Assembly: GCA_025998675.1 (NCBI GenBank)
Contig: AP024673.1
Span: 323,520 to 387,519 of the forward strand
Source: Fimbriimonadales bacterium
GTDB taxonomy: Bacteria > Armatimonadota > Fimbriimonadia > Fimbriimonadales > GBS-DC
Direction: 5' to 3'
Length of the DNA: 64,000 nucleotides
The notes below the pieces were generated by a model that had not been told where the DNA came from, searched no databases, and saw only the letters and a list, made by a program, of their open reading frames with translations. This document shows positions 36,101 through 44,282 of this stretch, one piece after another. Position 1 is the first letter of the stretch, and every line of letters begins with the position of its first letter. The position numbers were made by a program, and so were the translations under genes.

Positions 36101-36418
36101 GCGCCCGTGCGATTCGCGGGCACATGGCGCGGAACCATCACGGGCGGCGACCCGCTGCCCCCTGAGGGCGTGCCCTTCACCCTGCGCATCCGTCAGGAGG
36201 GCAACCAGCTGCGCGGCGCGCTGGAGACGCCGCTGGGCACACAGGAGTTCAGCATCGCCGCGCCCGACGGCGAGACGCTCACGCTCACCCTGGAAGCGGG
36301 CGGCATGAGCTTCACCGTGAACGCAACCGTGTCTGGCGACCGCCTCACGGGAACCCTCAACGCGATGGGGCTGAGCTTCACCATCGAGGCGCAGCGTGTG
36401 CCTGAGAGTGCGCTCTAA
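33179..36418 (+). CDS. Secreted tandem amidohydrolase-fold protein (degenerate N-terminal domain, intact C-terminal domain, extra C-terminal beta domain)
   Basis: Signal peptide '[21 protein letters not shown]'. Domain 1 has '[12 protein letters not shown]' where the metal-binding HxH is expected. Domain 2 has '[16 protein letters not shown]'. The linker is Cys/His-rich. Confidence 0.75.
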   Translation: MRGLRWFVGWLLLGVIAWAQDTPYRLPDVYALRGAKIVSNTAPPIENGVLVVRNGVIAAIGGSDTPIPADAEVIDASGHTVYPGFIDAFTSLGMPAQANDPAYASYERGNTHPNAQIRPERQATVLMQPDSAQLTRWRRAGFVAAHIAPPHGIMSGQSAVISVGTGAPAALVIAPQVGVVLNLRGRGGFEGGGGYPSSLMGAIALVRQTLYDAQHQMQVWEAYLRDPTGKPRPAMNRALEALQPVLKRETPLLAIANSAEDIRRVLRIADEFNLRVVIVGGQEAAKVAADLKKRDIPVLLTLEMPEPLRSYDPLNPPTLTSLRNRALAYQNAAILHEHGVRFAVTTEGLGDPERLLRNLRTAIANGLPKEAALRALTLTPAELMGLQNRFGDLAVGKTASFVVVRGELFEPRARIEFVFADGKRFKVSDAQQTASAPATPPFRRPRAWDAENTGSLLEASCCFHHAHGSTLTHMQSHDHEAHACEDACTDHLTAGVPPRQDAPREQSSQPPAERTEQAGASDETPTLPRVKLTPLMPPPADEHNTWLIRNATVWTMAHDKPLPSTDVLVVDGRIAAVGKNLTAPPNARIIDGTGKHLTPGLLDCHSHTAITGGVNEGTNVCTAEVRIQDVINPDDVNIYRQLAGGLTGALMLHGSANVIGGQSITVKWRWGKPADEMIFKEAPTGIKFALGENVKRSNFRTGGPTRYPASRMGVEQVIRDRFLAALDYKRHWDEYRQGKRPLPPQRDLQLDALVEILEGKRLIHCHSYRQDEILMLLRVCEEFGVRVGTLQHVLEGYKVANEIARHGAGASSFSDWWAYKVEVYDAIPHNGAIMWERGVVVTFNSDSNELARRMNTEATKAVKYGGVPEVEALKFVTLNVAKQLGIDRYVGSIEVGKHADLALWSDHPLSGYAVCEKTFVDGVLYFDRERDRAWREELEKERQEYLKGLRAESVFDERRREREESTPRETPPTGAPVRFAGTWRGTITGGDPLPPEGVPFTLRIRQEGNQLRGALETPLGTQEFSIAAPDGETLTLTLEAGGMSFTVNATVSGDRLTGTLNAMGLSFTIEAQRVPESAL
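34559..34651 (+). other. Cys/His-rich inter-domain segment
   Basis: [31 protein letters not shown]: 4 Cys and 8 His in 31 residues. Confidence 0.8.
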
Positions 36419-36424
36419 CCCGCC

Positions 36425-37189
36425 ATGCGAGTGCTTATCGGGTTGCTGGTAATCGGGCTGATGCTATCGGGCTGCGGGCGTTCCGAGCCGCCGCCCCAGA
36501 AGAGCCTGTTGGAGCAGGGCGTGCAAAAGCTGGAGACGCGCGACTACGAGGGCGCAGCGGCGCTCTTCAAGCAGTATGTGGAGCAGTCGCCCAACTTCGT
36601 GGTTGCCTTGCAGAATGTGTATCGCGCCTACATGGCGCGCCCTGAACGCCCCGCCGCGCAGGCGTATGCGTTTCTGGTGCAGTACGAGCCGCGCGCGGGC
36701 GAAATCCCCGTGCAGATCGACCGCGCGGGCTTCTATCAGGCGCTGGGCACGCTGGCGTTTCTGGCGGGCAAGCGCGACGAATACGCCCAGTGGTTCGAGA
36801 AGGCGCTCCAGTTAGACCCGCAGAACCATCTGGCGATGAACGACTACGCCTATGCGCTGGCAGAGGACGGGCGCGAACTGGAGAAGGCGCTGCGGCTGAT
36901 TCGGCGGGCGATTGCCATCAAGTCGAATGTCGGCGCGTACCACGACACGCACGGCTGGGTGCTGTATAAACTGGGGCGGTACGACGCGGCGCTGCGCGAG
37001 TTGCGCCTGGCGGTGCAGACCGCGCCCGACACGCCCGACCTGCGCTATCACCTCGCGGCGGTGTACGCCAAACTGGGGCAGCGGGACGATGCGCTCGTCG
37101 AGCTGGAGAAGGCGCTCGCGCTGAAGCCCGGACACGAACCGTCGCTCCAGCTGCGCAAAGAGCTGCTCGGCGAGAAGGAGGCGCGTTAG
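36425..37189 (+). CDS. TPR-repeat lipoprotein
   Basis: Lipobox 'LMLSGC'. TPR-like repeats ('YHDTHGWVLYKLGRYDAALRELRLAVQ', 'HLAAVYAKLGQRDDALVELEKAL'). Confidence 0.7.
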   Translation: MRVLIGLLVIGLMLSGCGRSEPPPQKSLLEQGVQKLETRDYEGAAALFKQYVEQSPNFVVALQNVYRAYMARPERPAAQAYAFLVQYEPRAGEIPVQIDRAGFYQALGTLAFLAGKRDEYAQWFEKALQLDPQNHLAMNDYAYALAEDGRELEKALRLIRRAIAIKSNVGAYHDTHGWVLYKLGRYDAALRELRLAVQTAPDTPDLRYHLAAVYAKLGQRDDALVELEKALALKPGHEPSLQLRKELLGEKEAR

Positions 37190-37195
37190 ACCAAC

Positions 37196-37416
37196 CTGCG
37201 GGTCATCGTTCATAAAGCAGCGACGCAAGTAGCCCTCACCCCCTTTGTCCCCCTCTCCCAACAGGTTGGGAGAGGGGGATAGCGCGTTGCGCGCCGCACA
37301 CACGGCTCCCCTCTCCCACCGCGTGGGAGAGGGGCTGGGGGTGAGGGCAACAGGGCGCGCGGTTCTGGCTGTAGGCACACGGCAATTAACGAAGTCTGAC
37401 ACGCGGATTGGTATTA
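37196..37416 (+). repeat. Backbone element copy B (homologous to 9997-10142) carrying a family-2 palindrome
   Basis: Left flank ctgcgggtcatcgttcataaagcag and right flank ggcaattaacgaagtctgacacgcggattggtatta. Fills the whole gap between the convergent TPR and nnr stops. Confidence 0.65.
37233..37347. repeat. Extragenic palindromic element, family 2 (CCCCTCTCCC type)
   Basis: Outer stem CCCTCACCCCC (37233-43) / GGGGGTGAGGG (37337-47). It encloses CCCCCTCTCCCAacaggtTGGGAGAGGGGG (37249-78), a small gcgcgttgcgcgc hairpin, and CCCCTCTCCCAccgcgTGGGAGAGGGG (37308-34). Confidence 0.8.
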
Positions 37417-38940
37417 AACCCGCAGGGCGCGGCTCAGCTCGTCGGCGGTGTAGGCAGGGCGACCGCCGCATGCCAGTCGCGCGCCCGCCTGTCCATGCAG
37501 GTAGACCCCCAGTTGCGCCGCGGGCAGCGGTTCCAGCCCCTGCGCCAGCAGTCCCGCAATCGCGCCTGTCAGCACATCGCCCGACCCGCCTGTTGCGAGG
37601 CTCGGTTCGGCGAACGGCGCGAGCCACAAGCCTTCCTCGTCCGCAATCACCGTGTACGCGCCCTTCAGTACACAGAGCGCACGGTAGCGCTCGCGCAGCA
37701 GCTCCGCGCTGCTGTAGCGGTCCTGCTGCACCTGATGGGTCTCAATCTGCAGCAGGCGCGCCGCCTCGCCTGGATGGGGGGTCAGAATCGTGCGCGTCGG
37801 CAGGGGGGTATCCGCGCCCAGCCGCGCCAGCCAGTTCAGCCCGTCCGCATCGATGACCAGCGGTCGCTCCTGCACGCGCCACGCCTCTAACAGTTCCAGC
37901 ATCGCCTTGCCGACGGTCTCGTGCGCGCCCAGCCCTGGACCGAGCGCCAGCACGCTGAATCGCCCAAGGCGTTCCGCCAGCCACTGTGCGCCCTTCAGGG
38001 TCAGCGCGCCTGTGTCGTCGTCGGGCAGGGGCAGGGTCATCACTTCGGGGTAGAAGCTGGCGACCTGCGGCTGGATGCGCGTGGGGGTCGCGACGGTCGC
38101 CAGCCCCGCGCCGACGCGCAGCGCAGAAATCGCCGCCAGCGCGGGCGCGCCCGCCATCCCCAGACTGCCGCCCACCACCAGCACATGCCCCCGATGCCCC
38201 TTGTGCGCGTCCAGCGGCATGCAGGGCGTCTGCGCAAGCGTCTCCTGCTCGGTCATCAGCCGCGCCACGCACGGGGTCGCCTCCAGTCGGCGCGGGGGGA
38301 TGCCAATCGGCGCAATCGCCCATCGCCCGACGCAGTGCGCCCCGTCGTTCTGGAAAAAGCCCGCTTTGGGCAGCGCCATCGTGACTGTGTAGGTCGCCCA
38401 GACCGCCGCGCCCAGCGCGACGCCCGTGTCGGCGTCGATGCCCGACGGGATGTCCACCGCCACGATGGGGCGTCCCGCCCGATTCACCGCGTCGATCACA
38501 GCGCACAGGCGCGGGCTGAGGTTGCCCTGCGCGCCAATCCCCAGCAGCGCGTCCACCAGCAGGTCCTCGTCGCGGAACAGCGCAGGGTCGGGCGCGTCGG
38601 GCAGCGGCAGCGCGGGGATGCCATACGCCTGCACCATCCGCCACTGCGTCGCCGCGTCGCCCCGAAACTCGTCGGGCGCGCACGCCAGCCACAGATGCGC
38701 CTGCGCGCCCGCTTCGTGCAGGTAGCGCGCGACGACCATCCCGTCGCCGCCGTTGTTGCCCTTGCCCGTCAGCACCGCCACGCGCTTGCCCGACAGGGGC
38801 GCGAACCACTCCGCTATCCGCTGGAACACGCCGTAGCCTGCGCGCTCCATCAGCGTCAGCGACGGGATGCCGTCTGCCTCTATCGCCGCGCGATCCAGCG
38901 CGCGCATCTGCTCTGAGTCGACAATCGGGATCCCGCGCAT
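37414..38940 (-). CDS. nnr: Bifunctional NAD(P)H-hydrate repair enzyme (epimerase / ADP-dependent dehydratase)
   Basis: 'VAVLTGKGNNGGDGMVVARYL' (YjeF_N), 'GHVLVVGGSLGMAGAPALAA' and 'TGGSGDVLTGAIAGLLAQG'. ATG 38940 is preferred over TTG 38955. Confidence 0.85.
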   Translation of the reverse strand: MRGIPIVDSEQMRALDRAAIEADGIPSLTLMERAGYGVFQRIAEWFAPLSGKRVAVLTGKGNNGGDGMVVARYLHEAGAQAHLWLACAPDEFRGDAATQWRMVQAYGIPALPLPDAPDPALFRDEDLLVDALLGIGAQGNLSPRLCAVIDAVNRAGRPIVAVDIPSGIDADTGVALGAAVWATYTVTMALPKAGFFQNDGAHCVGRWAIAPIGIPPRRLEATPCVARLMTEQETLAQTPCMPLDAHKGHRGHVLVVGGSLGMAGAPALAAISALRVGAGLATVATPTRIQPQVASFYPEVMTLPLPDDDTGALTLKGAQWLAERLGRFSVLALGPGLGAHETVGKAMLELLEAWRVQERPLVIDADGLNWLARLGADTPLPTRTILTPHPGEAARLLQIETHQVQQDRYSSAELLRERYRALCVLKGAYTVIADEEGLWLAPFAEPSLATGGSGDVLTGAIAGLLAQGLEPLPAAQLGVYLHGQAGARLACGGRPAYTADELSRALRV

Positions 38941-38941
38941 C

Positions 38942-39217
38942 TCAAATCTGGTCAATCTGTTGCGCCAGCTCGAAGTCCTTCTCGGTCAAGCCGCCCGCCG
39001 AGTGCGTGCTGAGGCGCAGCGTCACCTGCTTGTAGCGAATCTCGATGTCGGGGTGATGGTCGGCGCGTTCGGCAAGCAGCGCGACCTGCATCACGAACCC
39101 CATCGCCTCGCGGAAGTTGCGGAAGGTGAAGGTACGGGCGATTTCGACGCCCTCGCGCGTCCACTGGGGCGCGCGCTCCAGATAGCCCGCCAGCTCCGAT
39201 TCGGGAATGCGTTGCAT
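38942..39217 (-). CDS. phhB: 4a-hydroxytetrahydrobiopterin (pterin-4-alpha-carbinolamine) dehydratase
   Basis: 'FRNFREAMGFVMQVALLAERADHHPDIEIRYKQVTLRLSTH'. Internal ATG 39217. Confidence 0.85.
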   Translation of the reverse strand: MQRIPESELAGYLERAPQWTREGVEIARTFTFRNFREAMGFVMQVALLAERADHHPDIEIRYKQVTLRLSTHSAGGLTEKDFELAQQIDQI

Positions 39218-39260
39218 AGCGCCTGTGCGATTCGGCGGGATGGGTAAGATTCCTGCCCTG

Positions 39261-39794
39261 TCAGCCTCTCTGCAGGGGCGTCTCATCGGGCGGGGACGCC
39301 CACACGACCGCCGCATGCCACAGCGCCGCGCCCGTCAACCCCACGCCCGCAATCACCTGCAGCCAGTTGTTCTGCGCGTAATGCACAAAGGTGAAGTTCG
39401 CGAAGTAAAGCCCCAGCGCGACCATCAGCAGGGCGACCGCCCACTCAGGCGGCGAGCGGCGTCCCATCCCCAGCGCGCTGACGATGCACAGCCACCCGAG
39501 CACGAACCACAGCACGCGCTCGACCGCGCCCAGCTCGCCCAGCGGCAGCCCCAGCCATGTCGCGACCGACTTGACGATAAAGTAAAGCCCCAGCCCGTAG
39601 GCGAACAGGATCAGCAGCCGATGGCGCACGGCAGGCAGGAAAAAGCCCAACCCCGCCAGCAACGCCAGCAGCAGCGCGTGCCGACGGACTATCGGCATAT
39701 CCTGCAGCAGGAACGCCGCCGTCAGCCCCGCCGCCGCCGTCAGCAGGGGCAACCAGCGCAACCGCCACGCCTCGCTCCGCACCCACTGCGCCAT
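39261..39794 (-). CDS. Polytopic membrane protein, function unknown
   Basis: About 5 hydrophobic segments. The ATG at 39792-39794 overlaps the argH TGA by 1 nt (TGATG). Confidence 0.5.
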   Translation of the reverse strand: MAQWVRSEAWRLRWLPLLTAAAGLTAAFLLQDMPIVRRHALLLALLAGLGFFLPAVRHRLLILFAYGLGLYFIVKSVATWLGLPLGELGAVERVLWFVLGWLCIVSALGMGRRSPPEWAVALLMVALGLYFANFTFVHYAQNNWLQVIAGVGLTGAALWHAAVVWASPPDETPLQRG

Positions 39795-41218
39795 CAGTTC
39801 GGGTTCAGCAACTCGTTGAGCTGGTTCTCGATGACCCCCAGCCATTGTTTGGCTTGTTTGATCTGCTGCTGCACCGCTTCGGGCGCGGTTCCGCCCAGGA
39901 TGGCGCGCGCGCGCACCGCCTGCATGGGGTCAATCGCCTCCAGCGCGTCCGCCTCAAAACGCGGATGATGGCGCTGGAGCGTCTCCAGCGTCAGCGATTC
40001 GAGCGCGACGCCCTGTTGCAGGCATTCGCGCACAATCCCGCCGACAATTGCGTGCGCCTCGCGGAAGGGCACGCCCTTGCGAACCAGATAGTCCGCCAGC
40101 TCCGTCGCCGTCGAGAAGTCGCCCTGCAGCGCGGCGCGCATGCGCTCGGCGTTCCAGCGCGCCTTCTCCAGCATCTGGCGCATCAGCGTCACGGATGAAA
40201 TCGCGGTGTCCATCGTCGCGAACAGCAGCGGCTTGTCGTCCTGCAAATCGCGGTTGTAGGTCAGCGGCAGCCCCTTCAGCAGCGCGAGCATGCCCGTCAG
40301 GTTGCCAATCGCCAGCGCGCTGCGTCCCCGGATTAGCTCGGCGATGTCGGGGTTCTTCTTCTGGGGCATGATGCTGCTGCCCGTCGTGTGTTCGTCGGAG
40401 AGTTCCACATAGCCGTATTCGGGCGTACTCCAGAGAATCAGCTCCTGCGCGAGGCGGCTCAGATGCACCATCAAGAGCGCGCACACAAACAGGTACTCGG
40501 CGACGAAATCGCGGTCGGCGACGGCGTCCATGCTGTTGGGCGCGGGCATCGCGAAGCCGAGTTCCGCCGCGAGCAGCTCGCGATCAATCGGGAAGCTCGT
40601 GCCCGACAGCGCGCCTGCGCCCAGTGGGCAGAGGTTCATGCGGTCGCCCGCGTGCGCCAGCCGCGACAGGTCGCGAATGAACGCCCAGCAGTGCGCCATC
40701 AGGTGCTGCGCCAGCGTCACGGGCTGTGCGTGCTGCTGGTGCGTCAGCCCGGGCAGGAGCGTCTCCAGATGTTGCTCGGCGAGTTCCATCAGTTGCCCGC
40801 ACAGGCGCAGCATGGCGCGCGCGAGGTCGGTCGTGCGCTCGCGCAGCCACATGCGCGTCTCGGTCGCCACGAGGTCGTTGCGACTGCGTCCCGTGTGCAG
40901 CTTGCCCGCCAGCGCGCCGATTTTCTCATACAGGCGCGCCTCAATCGCGGTGTGAATGTCCTCGTAATCCTCCAGCGGGAGCCACTCGCCCTCTTCGATC
41001 TCCGCGTGGATTTCGAGCAGGGCGTCCACGATACGGTTCGCCTCGTGCGCGCTGAGCATGCCCGTGATGCCCATCATGCGGGCGTGCGCCGCGCTGGCGC
41101 GCAGCTCTTCCTTCCAGAGCCGAAAGTCGTGCTGTAAGGAGTAGGAATACGCCTCCGCTTCGGGCGAGAGTTTGCCTTCGAATCGCCCGCCCCACATTTT
41201 TCGGTCGCCGTGTTGCAT
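39794..41218 (-). CDS. argH: Argininosuccinate lyase
   Basis: 'MWGGRFEG' and the fumarate-lyase signature 'GSSIMPQKKNPD'. ATG 41218 is supported by the -10 box; the alternative is ATG 41197. Confidence 0.92.
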   Translation of the reverse strand: MQHGDRKMWGGRFEGKLSPEAEAYSYSLQHDFRLWKEELRASAAHARMMGITGMLSAHEANRIVDALLEIHAEIEEGEWLPLEDYEDIHTAIEARLYEKIGALAGKLHTGRSRNDLVATETRMWLRERTTDLARAMLRLCGQLMELAEQHLETLLPGLTHQQHAQPVTLAQHLMAHCWAFIRDLSRLAHAGDRMNLCPLGAGALSGTSFPIDRELLAAELGFAMPAPNSMDAVADRDFVAEYLFVCALLMVHLSRLAQELILWSTPEYGYVELSDEHTTGSSIMPQKKNPDIAELIRGRSALAIGNLTGMLALLKGLPLTYNRDLQDDKPLLFATMDTAISSVTLMRQMLEKARWNAERMRAALQGDFSTATELADYLVRKGVPFREAHAIVGGIVRECLQQGVALESLTLETLQRHHPRFEADALEAIDPMQAVRARAILGGTAPEAVQQQIKQAKQWLGVIENQLNELLNPN

Positions 41219-41226
41219 CGTGCGGG

Positions 41227-41232
41227 ATTATA
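41227..41232 (-). promoter_or_regulatory. -10 box GG-TATAAT, 8 nt upstream of the argH ATG (leaderless candidate)
   Basis: The minus strand reads aGGTATAATcccgcacgATG. The box overlaps the mutY stop codon. Confidence 0.35.
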
Positions 41233-42340
41233 CCTGTTGCAGGCTGAGTTGCCCGCCGTGCTGAGTGAGGGCGCGCGCGAGTCGGCGCTGCGGCGCGGAG
41301 AGGGGATAGCTTGCCAGCGCGTCAGGTACGACCCATGCGACGGCGTCGTAGGCGTCCGCGGGCTGCGCCTCGCCCGACGCCCACGCGCACAGGTAGCCGT
41401 ACAGCCGAATACGCGAGTTCGTCACGGCATGCTGCAGGCTGGCGAGCGTCTGGAGCGGCTCGATGCGCACGCCCAGCGGCGCCGCCGCGCGCTGCGCGAC
41501 GCTTTCGAGGCTCTCGCGCCCCTCGCGCGAGGCGCGCGGAAACTCCCACAGCCCACCCCACAGCCCGTCGGGCGCGCGCCGCGCGAGCAGGCACTGCCCC
41601 TCGCGCAGGATAATCGCGGAGACATCCACGCGCGTCACGGTCGCCGCGCGTTTCGACGGTTCGGGCACGGCGGTCGGCTGCCCGCGCTGATACGCCGCGC
41701 ACAGATGGCTCACGGGGCACGCCCCACAGCGCGGCTGCGCAGGCAGGCAGACCGTGGACCCCAGCTCCATCATCGCCTGATTGAACGCGCCGGGCTGCTG
41801 GGGGTCAATCAGTTGCTCGCTGAGTTGCCAGAGTTGCTTTTGCGCGGCGTGCGTTTTGAGGTCGCCCTTGAGCCATAGCAGCCGCGCCAGCACGCGCGTC
41901 ACATTTCCGTCCACCACGGGCGTTGGCTGCCCGAAGGCGATGCTGGCAATCGCGCCCGCCGTGTACGCGCCAATTCCGGGCAGCTCGCACAGGCGTTCGG
42001 CAGTTGACGGCAGCCGTCCGCCATTCTGGACAATCTGCTGCGCCGCGCGGTGCAGGTTGCGCGCCCGCGCGTAGTAGCCCAGCCCCTCCCAGTAGCGCAG
42101 CACCTCCTCCAGCGGCGCGTCCGCCAGCGCCTGCACCGTCGGGAAGCGCGCGATGAACCGTTCGAAGTAGGGGATGACCGTCGCCGTCTGCGTCTGCTGG
42201 AGCATCACCTCCGACACCCACACGCGATACGGGTCGGGATTGTCGCGCCATGGGGTCGGGCGCTGATGCACGGCGAACCATGCCAGCAGCGCCCGCCGCA
42301 GTTCGCGTATCCAGTCCGTGTCGAGCGACGCCTGCGCCAC
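41228..42340 (-). CDS. mutY: A/G-specific adenine DNA glycosylase
   Basis: HhH 'LCELPGIGAYTAGAIASIAFG', Fe-S cluster loop 'CLPAQPRCGACPVSHLC', and a NUDIX-like C-terminal domain. GTG start. Confidence 0.88.
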   Translation of the reverse strand: MAQASLDTDWIRELRRALLAWFAVHQRPTPWRDNPDPYRVWVSEVMLQQTQTATVIPYFERFIARFPTVQALADAPLEEVLRYWEGLGYYARARNLHRAAQQIVQNGGRLPSTAERLCELPGIGAYTAGAIASIAFGQPTPVVDGNVTRVLARLLWLKGDLKTHAAQKQLWQLSEQLIDPQQPGAFNQAMMELGSTVCLPAQPRCGACPVSHLCAAYQRGQPTAVPEPSKRAATVTRVDVSAIILREGQCLLARRAPDGLWGGLWEFPRASREGRESLESVAQRAAAPLGVRIEPLQTLASLQHAVTNSRIRLYGYLCAWASGEAQPADAYDAVAWVVPDALASYPLSAPQRRLARALTQHGGQLSLQQV

Positions 42341-42347
42341 AGACGGA

Positions 42348-42353
42348 ATTGTA
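42348..42353 (-). promoter_or_regulatory. -10 box GG-TACAAT, 7 nt upstream of the mutY GTG (leaderless candidate)
   Basis: The minus strand reads caGGTACAATtccgtctGTG. Confidence 0.3.
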
Positions 42354-42407
42354 CCTGTCGTCCAAGTGTCGTTGCAGAAGCAGTCTCTCTATCCGCGCAT
42401 GCGCGTG

Positions 42408-42486
42408 TTATGGAGTGCTGAAGCGGGAGCTTCAGCCTCGCGGAAGCTACGCTTCCGCACTCCATACAGACGGCGCTACACGCGCA
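42408..42486 (-). repeat. Extragenic palindromic element, family 1, full copy in inverted orientation
   Basis: ttATGGAGT-GCTGAAGCgggaGCTTCAGC-ctcg-CGGAAGCtacGCTTCCG-CACTCCATAcagacggcgctacacgcgc, the reverse complement of the canonical order. Confidence 0.85.
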
Positions 42487-42515
42487 TGTCGCAATTCTCG
42501 CACAAAGACACTGGA

Positions 42516-43430
42516 CTACGCCGCCATTTGCTGCAGCGCCTCGCGGGCAGTGCTATTGTCTGGGTCGTACGCCAGCACCTGCTGGTAGTGCGCTTTCGCC
42601 TGCTCGGTGTAGCCCAGTTCGTAATAGGCGATGGCGAGGTTGATGTGCGCCTCCGTGTAGCGCGGGTTGATACGGACGGCGACGATAAACTGGTCGATGG
42701 CTTCCTCGTCGCGTCCCAGCGCGGTCAGCACGACGCCGAGTCGGTTGCGCACATCGGCGTAGTTCGGGCGCGCGTTCAGCACATGGCGGAAGCACGCTTC
42801 GGCGGTCTGCAGGTCGCCGCGCTGGTACGCCTCATCCCCCCACTGAATGTATTCTGCGTAGTTGTCCTGGGCGTTGTGCAGCATCTCCTCAAACGCCTGT
42901 TGCGCGTGCGCGAAACGCGACTCGCGGTGCAGGGTAAGCGCTTCGTTGAACTGCTCAGGCGTGATGCCCAGCTGCACCGCCCACTGCTGCAGAGTTGTCA
43001 GTGCCTGCTGGCGCGCGCCGCTGGCGTATTGCGTGAGTCCCGACAGGAACCAGGCGCGTCCGAAGCTGGGATTCACCTGCGTCGCCTGCTGCAGCGCGCG
43101 CAGGGCGTCTGCGTACTGTTCTTGCTTATAGGCGGCGTAGCCTGCCTGAAACCACCAGTCGGCGTACTGGGGCGCATAGTCGGTCGCCGCCGTGAAGTAG
43201 GCGTAGGCGCGTTCCCAGTCGCCCTGATTGATACGCCGGTAGCCCAAGCGGGCATACGATTCCGCCAGATACGCCCGCGCCAGCTTCTGAACGGTCGGGT
43301 CGTTACATTCGCCAATCGCCATCTCGAAGAGCGGAATCGCGTCGCTGTACCGCTCCGCTTCATAATACTCTAACGCTGAGTCGTAGGCGGGACTCTTGCC
43401 CAAGCCCATGAATCGCTGTAGCGAAGCCAT
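42516..43430 (-). CDS. TPR-repeat protein (cytoplasmic)
   Basis: 304 aa of tandem TPR-like units ('AEAHINLAIAYYELGYTEQAKAHYQQVLAYDPDN'). GGAGGG RBS. Confidence 0.7.
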   Translation of the reverse strand: MASLQRFMGLGKSPAYDSALEYYEAERYSDAIPLFEMAIGECNDPTVQKLARAYLAESYARLGYRRINQGDWERAYAYFTAATDYAPQYADWWFQAGYAAYKQEQYADALRALQQATQVNPSFGRAWFLSGLTQYASGARQQALTTLQQWAVQLGITPEQFNEALTLHRESRFAHAQQAFEEMLHNAQDNYAEYIQWGDEAYQRGDLQTAEACFRHVLNARPNYADVRNRLGVVLTALGRDEEAIDQFIVAVRINPRYTEAHINLAIAYYELGYTEQAKAHYQQVLAYDPDNSTAREALQQMAA

Positions 43431-43588
43431 TGATTAATCCCTCCAGTCCAATTATCGGCAGCGGTAGGGGCAGACTTGAATGCCCTCCGCGAATCGTTTG
43501 GCACAAAAGTTGCTGTAGCACATACAGGTAGATTGGCAGTTATTCTGGGCAGAAAGGAAGAATTCTGAAGCTTTTGAGAGGAGAGTCA

Positions 43589-43622
43589 CGCAGGGCGGGC
43601 AAAACCCGCCCTGCGTTTATTT
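43589..43622 (+). terminator. Canonical intrinsic terminator oriented on the + strand, abutting the stop of the minus-strand LemA gene
   Basis: Perfect 11-bp stem CGCAGGGCGGG/CCCGCCCTGCG with a 5-nt loop, then TTTATTT, which overlaps the TAA at 43617-43619. No U-tract exists for the minus orientation. Confidence 0.5.
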
Positions 43623-44282
43623 CGGTCGCTCTACGGCAGGCGGGTAGCCCAGCAGCGGGCGCATCAGCGCGATGGGGAACTGGCGCGCGGTCTGCTCGTA
43701 GCGGGCAGCGGCTTCCTCGAAGCGTTTGCGCTCGACGGCAACCCGGTTCTGGCTGCCCGCGATTTCGTCCATCAGGCGCACCGCCAGCCAATCGTTGCGC
43801 AGGGCAGGGTCCTGCAGCAGTTGCTCGGCGGCGGCGCGTGCGGCGGCGGGGTTCTCGCGCAGGGCAATCGCCAGCGTCTGCAGTCGTTCCCGCTGTTGCG
43901 CGTTCGCCTGCGCCATCAGCTGCTCCAGTCGCGGGATGAGGTTCGCCTGACGCTGTTGCACATTCTCCAGCTGGGCGCGTCGGAATTGCACTTCTGCGAG
44001 TGCCGCGCTCAGGGCGCGCTGGCTGTAGAAGAGGCTCATCAGAAACAGCGCGGCGAACACTCCCAGCGCGATCAACCCGTAGCGCACTTGTCGGGCGCGT
44101 CGTTCGCGCTCCTGGGCGACTTTGCGCAGGGCGTCGCGCAGATGTTGCGGGTCGACGCCGATCTCCGCGGCGCTGGTCTCCAGCGTCTGCGTATCGATGG
44201 CGTTTTCCTGCTCCTGCTGGAGGCGCACCGCCTCGCGGATGACCTCCTGCGCCTGTTCGGGAGTGAGTTTCTCGTCGTGCAT
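43617..44282 (-). CDS. LemA family protein with an N-terminal cytoplasmic extension
   Basis: One TM 'YGLIALGVFAALFLMSLF', then a LemA-like helical region ending in 'RKRFEEAAARYEQTARQFPIALM'. Confidence 0.7.
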   Translation of the reverse strand: MHDEKLTPEQAQEVIREAVRLQQEQENAIDTQTLETSAAEIGVDPQHLRDALRKVAQERERRARQVRYGLIALGVFAALFLMSLFYSQRALSAALAEVQFRRAQLENVQQRQANLIPRLEQLMAQANAQQRERLQTLAIALRENPAAARAAAEQLLQDPALRNDWLAVRLMDEIAGSQNRVAVERKRFEEAAARYEQTARQFPIALMRPLLGYPPAVERPK

